Shown here one piece after another: positions 28,708-40,731 of a stretch of 64,000 nucleotides of DNA; the first letter of the stretch is position 1, and every line of letters begins with the position of its first letter. The notes below the pieces were generated by a model, which did no database searches, was not told the DNA's origin, and was given only the letters and a program-made list of their open reading frames with translations. The stretch is from positions 6,758,001 to 6,822,000 of the forward strand of contig CATNEN010000038.1 in assembly GCA_950097015.1 (NCBI GenBank), read 5' to 3'. The stretch is from Macrostomum hystrix. Taxonomy: Eukaryota; Animalia; Platyhelminthes. A program made the position numbers and the translations under genes.

Positions 28708-30789
28708 TATACTACTAGGGCTAAATAAATGTGCTAGTCTAATAAAACTAAAGACCAATTTTTATTAAATTGATAGGGCCTAGTCAGAAATCGAAAATAA
28801 GATCATACAAATTATGTATTTTTTTCTGATTACAGAATGTAGTTGTGTCATGTGGTATTAAAAATTACATAAAAACCATTAAATAATGGTGATTATTTGA
28901 AAAGTTGAAAATAGCAAAAGTTTTGATAGGGCTAAAACACTAAGTCTAGTAATCTAGATTGCTACTACGCCGTACCGTCTGCAGCGAGCGAATGATGCGT
29001 AATAAAAAAATATTTGATTTTGTGCCGTGCATGTTTCGATATTGTAAGAACTATGCAATTATAACTAATTTTTCTGTAGACCAATTTGCATAATACCAAA
29101 TAGGTTATAACAAAAGACAATAAAACAAATCCCTTATTTACTTTTAACGTTATTTTTGCTTAGAATTATCCAAATAATGCAATTGCAATTGCTTTGCGTT
29201 ACTTAACTTTTACCATTTACCGCAGGTGGACCATAGTTTAAGTGCTTTAAAGCAATTTTTCCCTCCGTCATTTTTTACTTTACAACGGAGAGTTTAAGGG
29301 TCTAGGAGGCTCTTAGTAGAAATTTTCCTGGAATATTTCTTGCGGAAATTATGTTTGCCAGTATTTTTCTTGCCGAGGTTTAATATAGTTTCCTTGCTTT
29401 ACAGGAAATTTGCTTGTGGCACCTCATCTTGCCGAAGTTTGCAAGTCCAAAAACTTTTCGAATTTTGCTTGCCATTCTGGCATTTTGCTCGCCAGAGTTT
29501 GCTTGCAGGAAGTTTGGTTGATGTACTACATATGCTTGGTGCCTACATGTAATGTCTGCCTATTGGCATGCGTAGTGGGCGAAATAGTTCGGGATTGATT
29601 AATGCTTACTAAGGGATCTACCTCTTATTACTTCTGTTGCAAAAGACAAATTTCAAAGTAGATTAAATCTGATATAAAAACTTTTGCATCAGTTAATGTT
29701 AGGCTTCAGTAGAATGTTGAATGAATCTTTCGTGTTTAACTCACTTCACCTTTTGCATCAAAGCCATATGCATCAAAAAGCACAGTTCGATTTGGGCCGA
29801 TTTAAGCGTTTTACATTGCAGCTCGATATAATTCAGCTTTTAATGATGAGTGCACAGATTAGTTAGATATAGGAGAATTAGAAATTAGTAACTAGCTAAC
29901 AGCCTTTTAGTGGCGAGATTTGCCCGCAGTGAAGCATGGCGAAAAAAACGCATCGCTTTGTTAGTTTAAACTTGCGCAACGCAAGCACAGCAAAGAAAAT
30001 AAAAAACAATTTAGGGCGATAATTTAGCCCTTCGTAATGAAGGGCGAAAATCTTATTAAGTGCGCACGATTTGTTGACAAAGAACAACATTCTATAGGTT
30101 GCAAGATAAGATACGAGCGAATAGCAGGATAAGTAACAAGAAACTTAATGCAGACTTTAATAGCATATAGAAAATTTAATATAAAATACATTTATCTTCC
30201 GTTATACTGAACTGATTAAAAAGAAAGATAATAAGTTGGGCAAACACTTATACACAGCGTATTCAAAAGGAGAAAGCACACGATAATAAAACTGATCGAA
30301 ACTGAAAAAAAACTGACAAAAATAACAGAAACTTCACAACAAATAAATATATGATCATTATACAAGAGAACACCTGATTACCAAAATGTAAATGAAAGAT
30401 AAACAAATATATTTCAGTAGCTAAATTTGATTGCTAATTAGTTACTTGTTTGTGTACTGCTTATTTCAAGTAATCTATTTATAAATACTATTTATATCTA
30501 TTTATAATATTCACTGATGGTACAATGGAAATACTACTGTGAGTAGACAAGCTTACCTGGATTTTTATAGTGAGGGATTTTACATAATAGAATGAATAAA
30601 GGACATATCTAGATTTCCTAAGTAAAAATGCGAGCACATTTATTACAAGCGCAGTGAGGAGACAGATGGGAGCAGCTGATAGTTCTTATTCATATCACAT
30701 AATCACTTGTAACTTGTAACTATCGGACAACATTGCTAGTCTAAAATGGCGACGGCCTGAAAGACAGAGAGTACAGATTCACAGATAGA

Positions 30790-33700
30790 TCAGCTTGGCA
30801 TGCAGTTGCCAAGACCCTGACCATCCAGATAGGCCCGCATGAGCTGCCTGGCATCCTCGCGAAGCCAATGGGAGCGCAGGGCCAGGCACTCTGCCTGGCA
30901 GGCCTGCACAATGCATGGCCGACTGGCCGAGTGCATCAGCGCTTTGGTCTGGCGAACATTCTCCGCGCCGACGCTGGCGCCGATGCTGGCGCAGCGCAGG
31001 GCCGCCTCCTGCTGGAAGGTGTCGGCGAACATCACGCTAGACACGAGGCCGCGGGCGCAGGCTTCGCTGGCTGTCAGAGCGCGGCCGGCCAGAAGCATCT
31101 CCGAAGCGGTGGGGTTGCCTAGCAACTGGCGCAGAGTGTAGGAGGCGCCGGCCTCGCAAGTCTGCTTGAGCTGCGCGTAGGGCAGTTGAAAATAGGAGCT
31201 GTCGCTAGCGTAGACAAAGTCACACAGAGGCAGCAGTGCGACGCCAAGTCCGACGCAAGCTCCGGTTACCGTGGCAACCAGCAGCTTGGGAAACTCCACC
31301 ATGGCTGACACCAGGCGCTGGAGCTCGTCGGTCAGCTGATTGACAGCCATTGAGGCCTCCGGGCCAGGCCGGGCGGCCAGTAGGGCGGCAAGGTCAATGC
31401 CGCGGCTGAAGCAGCGAGGGTCAGCGCTGGCCAGGCGGACCAGACGGCAGGCGGGGTTGTCCAGCGCCTGCTGAAGGGCCCGGCACAGCTCTTGAAGCAG
31501 GCGGACGGTGAAGCAGCCGCCAGGCTGGCTGCCGGCATTCTGCCGAGGACCGACTAGCCAGATCTCCACCACGCCAGGACTGTGGGACGGCTGCTTAACT
31601 GAGAGCTCGTGAAAATTGTTGCGAATCTGGTTGGCCTTCTTCGGCTGCTGCTGCTGAGATTTCGGCTTAACCAGGACAGCTGAAGCTGATCGCTTATGAT
31701 GATGCGGCGCTGTTGCATAGAGGGTGAGTGAGTTGTCGGCCTGGGAGCGGACCTTGTGTAGAAATCCCAGACGAATCATGTCCTCTATGATGGCCTCGGC
31801 AAGGCAGGTGCCAACGCGAAGCTTTTTGCAGATGGCCTGCACTACTCGATCCAGTAGTAGCTTCCGTTTTAGACGCCTGATACCTTCGATAGCGTCCAAA
31901 ACTTCGCCGTGGTAGCGGCGCAGATCGATGGAAGACGATGTCGGAGCCTGAGACTGGGAAGCCGGATGCCGCGTAGAAGTTTGCTGCTGCTGCGGTGAGG
32001 TCGGTAATGATGGTGATTGCTGTAAACAGGGCCTCTGCTGCTGCTGCTGAGGAGATGGCAACGGGGCAGCAGTCACGGCCTGACACGAGTTTGTCAGGAC
32101 AGACGGCAGGCTGGAGTTCGCACCCGAAGGCTCGGCGACATTGTCTTGCGATACGGCAGCAGGCAGCGAGACTGAGAGCGAAGGGAGACCTGGCGGCTTG
32201 CTGACGATTTCTCTGTCACCGTCGCCATCGATGCCGTACTTGAGATTCCAGTCGATAGTGGCCGAGGGCAGGGCGGCCGCGGAGGGCTGCGCTGCCCTGA
32301 CAAGCAGTGGCGGAGGAGGCGAAGACTTTGTCGGCGGTGCTGGATTGTTAGAGGAACCAGATGAAGCGGAAGCAGATGAGGAGGCCGACGAAGATGATGA
32401 TGGTGGACCAACAGAACTGCCAGATGTTGGGTCCGTAGCGGTGTTCGGCGACACATCGCTTTCCGCTTTGTGCTTTTTCTTCTTCTTTGCAGTCTGTCGC
32501 TTCTGCTGTCGCTGAGCGGCCTGTAGTCTCTTGGAGACCTTCTTCTGCTTCAACGCAAGAGTTGGCGCTCGCCCTGTAGGCTTAGTCCTGCCGAGCTTCA
32601 GTGCCAGCTGGCCTGATGTTCCACTCGGTGAATTCGACTTGATTATAGCCGGCTGCTGCTGTTCAGGCAACTGCTGCTGCTGCTGCAGAGCCATGACTTT
32701 AAGTTGCCGCTGCTGTTTCTTTGGCGACGTGGTCAGAAAAGCAGATTGCTGCTCCTTGCGCTCAGTCGGGGAGCTGTTGACGGACGTCGCAGCTGAGCCA
32801 GAAGGCGTGGGCGTCTTTGATCGATTGTGAAAATCGCGCACCAATCGATAAGCTACCGGCATGATCTCGGCTGCCGGCTCCCAGGTGTCCTGGCTGGCCT
32901 TGAAGCCAGTCCAGCGGATGCGATATTCCACCCGGCCACGGTGCTTTCGCTTGGCGACAATCTTTGAAATCTGGACAGTTGAGAACAGAGAAGTTAATAT
33001 TGCATCAAACTGGAAAACTTTGGGCAGCAAAACTATTTTTTTGCGAAAAATGCTCTTTGTTTTTCTACAGTAAAATAACTCACTTAAAACAATAAAGTTG
33101 CAAAAGAAAACAATGTTAAGCAAGTAATTAACAGTATAACTGACAAGGGGGAAATTCCCACCCGCCTATTTTTGTGCTGCGCCCGAATGGAGCACATGAA
33201 ACTCAAGAACACGGCCAACTTTTTGTTGCGCATCTTATGAAACAATAATCAAGTTGCCATCTCTCAGGCTGTCGAGGTGTTACGGTCTGACTTTTCCATT
33301 CACGCAAATGTTTTTCATACACCCCTGCACAAATTAGCACTGCGCCTCAGTGCGGCCTTGCCAGGCCTTCAAAACTGATCAGCATGTCACCCAAATGTAC
33401 CTGCAAGATCTGTCTTTGGTGGTCACCCACCTTTTTTCTAGACGAACTTCTGGACCTTTAAGAGCTACAAACAGGTGGAACTAGGCTACTATCGACACCC
33501 TGGTGCCAATTTCTCTGATTTCGCTTGAAAAAAAGGCTAAATATCAGGCTTAGCTCAAACACAGGACACCATCGCCACCACCCACTGCAGTTATCATTTG
33601 GGCATTTGCCAAAAAATTCTTTGGTTCCCCACTTGGTACAAAAAATGGGTAGCAAATGGCTTGGTGCTCCAACTGATAAGGCTTTAATTTCCACTTATTT

Positions 33701-35955
33701 TCACAACCTAGCAATTTTTTTGAAGCAAAAAGACTATAGTCAAACCCTTCTGGTTGATTTTTACCTGCCTTTGATTGTATAGCTTGCAGATTCTCAGACA
33801 ACTATAAGTGTCCAAGTTTTATAAATGGAAGAAAGTGCTGTTGGACAGAGAAATAACAATCAGAAAAATATTAAACAAGTTAATATAGATTTAACTAAAA
33901 GTTTATAGGGCACAATTGACTATAATTCATAAACTACATTTCAAATGATTCTAGCCACATACTAACATATGGCTGCAAGTTAGTCAATATTTTAGGGCCT
34001 ATGACAAAAATAAATATACTAAAGAATTAATAATGCCTCTAGCTATATACTTGTAATATAAATAGGCTTGTAAAATAATATACCATATTTGTTCCTAAAA
34101 AACTATCAGAATAGTTATACCAACCAAGCCTTAGCTACTTTATTTGAATTTTTTTATTTTCTATCATCCCCAAGTAAAACAACTACTTTGGAACTAAAAC
34201 ATTGCCCTGTAATTAATTATATATTATAGCATTCTAAGTCATATTATACTAAAAGAAGTTTTTATACAATTTATTCTAATTAATGTAGTGCAAAATTATA
34301 TAGTAATGTGGTAAAATGATTTCAAAACTATGGTATATTTTTCTTAAAGTCAGTCTCTTTTCTTTAAGACTCTATATTCAATAAAGAGATAAACTTAAAG
34401 AAAAGGCAAAATGTATAAAAACTAAAACTAAAGTATATTTGGATAATAGCACCTAGCTAGTGAAGTATTTACCATATAAAGCTTCAATAGAATTACATTA
34501 CCTTATTACCAAAACCAAGGATCCTCATTCTGACAAAAATGGAGAAAAAAGTGGCCTACTTTTTTTAATAATTTGAGCTTGTAAAGTAAAGATTTTGTTG
34601 AGTATGTAAAGCTATAATAAATACTAGAATTTAGATTGAAAACATCTAATCAATATAATTGAAGTTGTGTACCAATATCATCCACAAGTATTTTTAATCC
34701 AAACTATGCATATAGGCAAGGAATCAGAAAACATAAAAAAGACTATGTCTAGATAGTTGATATAAAATCCTTTTTTGCTATTTTTCTTTCTTTCTTGTCT
34801 TGACTGATCTCAAAAGTTCTTGACCTAGAACCTTATTTTATCTATATTGTCTTGATCTAAATCTTGATTTCTTACAGCTCTAATCTTAGCTAGCTAGGGG
34901 GTATTTTTTAAGCACTTGAAAATAGTCTTCTATTTAGGAAGTGCTTATTCCCACGGTCCCGTGCTGACAATTTCAATTTTATCCACACGGATCCATGCCA
35001 ATAATTTTCTGCTTATCCACACAACAGCTTGTATGAATAGGTCTACAACTCTTTATATATGCCGTGCCAGTAATTTCTATTTTATCCACACGGATCCGTG
35101 CCGATAATTCTCTGCCTATCCACATGGCAGCTTGTTTTGCCAATAACTTTAAGAACTTAAAGCACATATTTTACAGGAACTATATAGCAATTTTCATGTA
35201 CTATATACAACTGGCCATACATGTTTTCCAGAACCTGCAGTTACCTGTAGTAGGGTCTCTTTTAATTATGTGAGCAATGCACACATTAAATTTCAAATTA
35301 TCCTTAATTTCGAATAACATGTATCGTTGCTAACCATCACATGAAGAATCGTGCTGACATTTGTATTGCACATGCACAAATGATACTACTGACCTGTTAC
35401 CATACGAAAATAAGGTTTCAGAAACTTCCCGAAAGCATGTTGACTAGTTCCGCGTCTTACTCTGCGAATATTTACAATTGGACTTAGGCGTTAAATTCTC
35501 AATAGTTAAAACAGTGTCCCAATGCTTTTGCTAGACAATTTTCTTAGTTGTAGACCTAATCATACAAGCTGCTATGTGGATAAGCAGAAAATTATCAGCA
35601 CATATCCATTTGGATAAAATTGAAATTATCGGCACAGGACTGTGCAAATAAGCCCTGCCTTCTATTTAACTAATTTTGTATAGTTCTGAGTAAGCCTTCA
35701 GTTTTTTTTAAACAAAGGCAATGGTTTTTTGTAATTTAGCAATAATCATATTATACAAACAAAAAGAAATATACAAGTAGACTCTAGAATACTAGTTGCT
35801 AACTACCTTAATATACTTCTTAAATATAAATGTCAGTTGTCATTAAAAGAAAAGAGTTGACTAACAATAAATTGACATAACATACCTTATAGAAAGGGTA
35901 GTTAGCAACAAATATAATAGCAAAGCATAACACTTACCTTGTAGCTTTTAACCAT
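30790..35955 (-). CDS. CDYL: CDYL-like protein (chromodomain, winged-helix-like domain, crotonase fold), 732 aa, 2 coding exons
   Basis: Micro-exon 35955-35938 (MVKSYK, GTAAGT donor) joins 32970-30790. Chromodomain YK|ISKIVAKR...EYRIRWTGFKASQDTWEP; crotonase FSRGIDL, FPKLLVATVTGACVGLGVALLPLCDFVYAS, ASEMLLAGRALTASEA. Confidence 0.9.
34937..35659. mobile_element. Mutator (MULE)-type non-autonomous element in CDYL intron 1
   Basis: Imperfect TIRs of ~112 bp (GGAAGTGCTTATTCCCACGG... / ...GTGCAAATAAGCCCTGCC); exact 9-bp TSD TTCTATTTA at 34928-34936 and 35660-35668. Confidence 0.85.
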
Positions 35956-36433
35956 TTCACGGACAGGCAAAAATCTGTATTTTTTCTGAAGAATTCTTAA
36001 AACGATAATAATAAGATAAGCAAAAATAAATACTATGAATTTCTGAATTGCCTGATATGAGGCTTTGTAATGAAATCCAGTTATCTAGTTTGTAAATATT
36101 ATTATTATTATTCTAGAAATATTATTCTACCCAATCAATGCTAGTTAATGGAAGAAATCACTTTTTAAGTGCATACAGTGCACTTGACTTTCTTAGAATA
36201 GTGTCGATGTCATAACAATAGTTAAGAAACAATAACTAGAGCTCTACTAAACAACGGAATTGCTAAACGAACACACAAATATTTCTGGATAGTATTAAAT
36301 TAATCCTTAATCGCTGATAAAGAAACGCATCTGGTCAGTACAAACGATTTACACATACGACGTCTGAAGCTGAGTGTTTTTCTGATCGTAGATCGATTCA
36401 AAAACGTGGTTTGAAAAGTCTCAATATCAATAC

Positions 36434-36434
<1 letters not shown>

Positions 36435-36486
<52 letters not shown>
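36435..36486. repeat. (CTG)n microsatellite, ~17 units, upstream of CDYL
   Basis: Directly visible. Confidence 0.95.
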
Positions 36487-36488
<2 letters not shown>

Positions 36489-39400
36489 GGGTCTTAAATT
36501 TACTTAACAAATGAAATTTCAGTATATATTTCATTCAAGTAGCAAGACATAAGAAGGCATTACTTTTTAGGAAACATTCTATTTTAAATTAAAAAATTAA
36601 CCTAATTTTTTGAACTTTTTTCGTTTGCGCGATAATACAATTGCCATAATTTTAATACTTGTCATGACGAACAATTGTTGTTTTTCAGTTATCTTTTGAA
36701 ATTGCGAGCGAAACATGGAAAAATCCCATCTTTTTTCGTCAGATGTACATTTACTCAGGTGATTTTGATATAGACTCGTCCTGGTGGGACCATAGTAGTC
36801 AGAGATTACTTTGAGATATCAACTTGAACACTATGATTAAGGGCTGGACTCAAGTAATATGCTTATTAGTGAATTGGATATTTATAAGTAAAGAAAATCG
36901 TATGTAGACAATATATGCATCGAAGATTTGTCAAAGATTTGTCCTGCACACCCAAACTATTTCAAGATTTGTCCGGTACACCCTAGCTTAGACTGTGGAT
37001 TTCTTCTATGTACAATTAGTGGAAATCCGCTACTCAAGGCCGCACTTCAGATAGACCAACCATCTATGGCAATAGTAATCATATTAACGCAAATTAAAGT
37101 ATTTCGCAAAAAGACTACCTTAACTTTCGATTGAGAATACGCATGTACTTTCGCGAAAATACCCCTGCTGGAAGCACCACTTATTTAAGTGCATTCTCAA
37201 CATACGGATAGAAATGGTGGAAATAAATCATAAATCAAATAAATATACGTTTATATTCTGTTCAATACAATCTATAGGAATACTTATGAGTAGACAATTT
37301 AGCAAACGTTATATTTACGATGAGTTCAATATTATTCTATTTCACCATAAACAACACTTTGAATGATACCCTGGTAGCACACTTCGTCGCGGCAACGTCG
37401 CGTAAGCGTCGCGGTAGGTCGCGAAAGTCGCGGCCTTTTTTCGTAAGACTTTGACGTCGCGAAAACGTCGCGAAAACGTCGGAAATCAAAGCATCAAAAA
37501 GCATTGGAATTTGACTACATCAACCTGTTATATCTTTAATTAGACAGTGTATGCCATCTTCAGTACGTATTGCCTCTAGATTTATTAGATGGCGATTGAA
37601 ATTGGCATTGCCACGTAAAAATGCATCGCAGTTTTAATAATTTTGTGCATGAACAAAAATGTTTATTCTAATTAAAACGGTTTGTATTATTAAATGTGTA
37701 GCAACAAACTTAGATGATCCGATAGCCCCAAACCTAGGCTGTGCTAGTTAATTTATGACACCTTTAATTGTTTGCGGGTGCTAAGTCCTAAAAGTACTTT
37801 ACAAATGACTTTTCCAGAGGAACGTATTATAATTCACTATGTTACAATACGTGTTAGATTTAGCAAATGATAAGTGGTTTTAAAACACGATTCATTTACT
37901 TGAGTGAATTATTAATAGGAGTTATTTCTTTTGTGGCATGCGTTTGTTAAAACGAACTGCTCCACGTCTCTCAATTCGAATCCAAAAGCGTTCCTCTCTG
38001 CAGCTCTGCAGCAGATTTCAAAGCAAACAACTGAAGCAATATAGTTTCGTTTGAGTTTTTGATGCTTTAAACGATTGCTGATTGCTTTGAATCTGTATTT
38101 GTGCGCTATTAATTCAGCATATTTTTCTTGAACTGCAATCAAAATTTTATAAGCAATGGGAACAAGCAACGACACACTGGGAATATTTCCTGTAGTACTA
38201 TATGAAACTATTTTCACATGTTTGACCAGCGCAATAACTTAAAGTGCAAGTGAAATCTTTTATGCTTGGATGTGAATTAAAGCTTAATTAGCATTAGCAT
38301 TCTGATTCAGTATAAGGGTATAATTTATCATGTGACCTAGCAATTACTTTTCTGTCTTTGCATGTCATGTTTATGATAGAATTTTTGCTCTTTTGGTCAC
38401 ACCTTTGTAGCTTGAAGTCAATATTCCTATCAACACTTATGGCATAACATAACATAACATAACATTCCTACGCATCGTGGCAAACAGTGTGACTCGACAA
38501 GTTTCAACACGCTTATCAAACAGGGCGCCGAGTTGGTCATCGATCGGCCCTATCGCATGGGCGATGGGCGTCGAAATGTACTGTCGGCATATGTGCACGT
38601 GCATCCCGACAAGCTAGACCCGCTGGTGCCACTGTACGACACATCGCGCAACTGTGTCGTCAATGCGTATGGACGCCTGGCCAAACAGGCCAATCTGATG
38701 GTCGCCGACGACGTCAGAGGATGTTTCGAGACGTTTTGATTTCGCAAAAAGTATAAGAAACATATGCATGTAAACTGCTATTACTTTATGAACGAATGGG
38801 CGGACAACATCTTCGTTGTAAAAGTAGAGTACATGTAAAATGTAATGTACACATAAAATGTACACATAAATGTACACGCCACAACACTATTCATTTCCAG
38901 TCCTTAATGCATAAGTAATGCATATAGTTTTTGTATTATATTTTAAATAATGCCAGATTGTCATGCAGAAACATTTCAGATATAAGGGTCATGTAGGAAA
39001 TCGGCATCCGTTTATCTGTATGATTGTCTGCAATTGTAGTCTTAATTGTATTATTGTCTGCACCTGTTGTTGTCTGTATGATATCTATAGACACCAATTA
39101 TCTAGCGGATTGGCACCTGTTGTTTGAAAGAGTATGATCGGCTGTATGTCTTGTATTGAGGATTTAGCATCTGTTGCATGATGTATGATTGATATATACG
39201 AGTAAGAGCTACTAGCTAGTTGTCCGTAAGAAATTATAACCGGTTACGTGAGTAGGGTTAGAATATATATTTCCCCATAGGATTGGCACCTGATGTTTTT
39301 GTAGTAGGATTGGCTGTAGGTTTGGCGCCTGTTGCAGCTGTAGGTTTAAATATATGGAAGTATGCGCCTGATTACTGAAATTAGATAATTTTTTGTCGAA

Positions 39401-39852
39401 AATTACGTGCTGGGCAGTTCTTTTGCTTCAGTTTCGTCAGATTTTTACTGACATTTAATAATGCCCTAACCCAATCCGAATATTTCTACTCAAAGTAGAC
39501 TGTGAGTAAATTCCTAAAATTTTTTCTCAAGGCAAGCACAATATATCACCATTTCTTTCATGACCCTACACATTAACTTAAAAAAGACTTTGCAACACCC
39601 ATTCTTTTGGGTTGGTCCGGAGCTGATGGGTTAACTGAATTCTTAACTCAAACCCCCATTTGCGTTCACTTGACTAACCTTTTTGCTGTATAAGTTTATT
39701 TTGTTAGCTATTTTTTACTTTCGTTCATGCAGTAGAACTAATTAAAATGAGAGTAAAAACTAGCAAGTTTTGCCCCCCTTCGGGGAGCAGAAATACTTTT
39801 AATTCGTCTAGTATATACTTTTTAGCAGCTGAATTTACAGCTTTTTAAAGCT

Positions 39853-40715
39853 ACAATGAACCCCCAGTTGACAATGATCCCCCAGTTAATGATGATCCCC
39901 TAGTTGACGATGATCCCCCAGTTGACAATGATCCCCCAGTTGACAATGATCCCCCAGTTGACAATGAACCCCCAGTTGACAATGAACCCCCAGTTGACAA
40001 TGATCCCCCAGTTGACAATGATCCCCCAGTTGAAAATGATCCCACAGTTGACAATGATCCCCCAGTTGACAAAGATCCCCCAGTTCACAATGAACCCCCA
40101 GTTCACAATGTACCCCCAGTTGACAATGAACCCCCAGTTGACAATGAACCCCAGTTGACAATGATCCCCCAGTTGACAATGATCCCCCAGTTGACAATGA
40201 TCCCACAGTTGACAATGATCCCCCAGTTGACAAAAATCCCCCAGTTCACAATGAACCCCCAGTTGACAATGATCCCCCAGTTGACAATGATCCCCCAGTT
40301 GACAATGATCCCCCAGTTGACAATGAACCCCCAGTTGACAACGATCCCCCAGTTGACAATGATCCCCCAGTTGACAATGATCCCACAGTTGACAAAGATC
40401 CCCCAGTTCACAATGATCCCCCAGTTGATGATGATCCCCCAGTTGATGATGATCCCCAGTTGATGATGATCACCCAGTTGACAATGATCCCCAAGTTGAC
40501 CATGATCCCCCATTTGATGATGATTCCCCAGTTGACAATTATCCCCCAGTTGACCAATACCCCCTAGTTGACAATGATCCCTCAGTTCACAATGATCCCC
40601 CAGTTGACAATGATCCCCCAGTTGACAATTATCCCCCCAGTTTACCAAGATCCTCCAGTTGATGATTATCCCCCAGTTTACCTTGATCCCCATTTTGAGG
40701 ATGACTCCACAGTTG
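39853..40715. repeat. Minisatellite A, 18-bp unit CCCCAGTTGACAATGATC
   Basis: Tandem array inside Helitron copy 1. Confidence 0.95.
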
Positions 40716-40731
40716 ACGTTGTTTTTCAAAC

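Noticed and set aside
31265-31278. X-box-like GTTACCGTGGCAAC
   Set aside because: Lies within the conserved crotonase coding motif VATVT and is explained by the codons.
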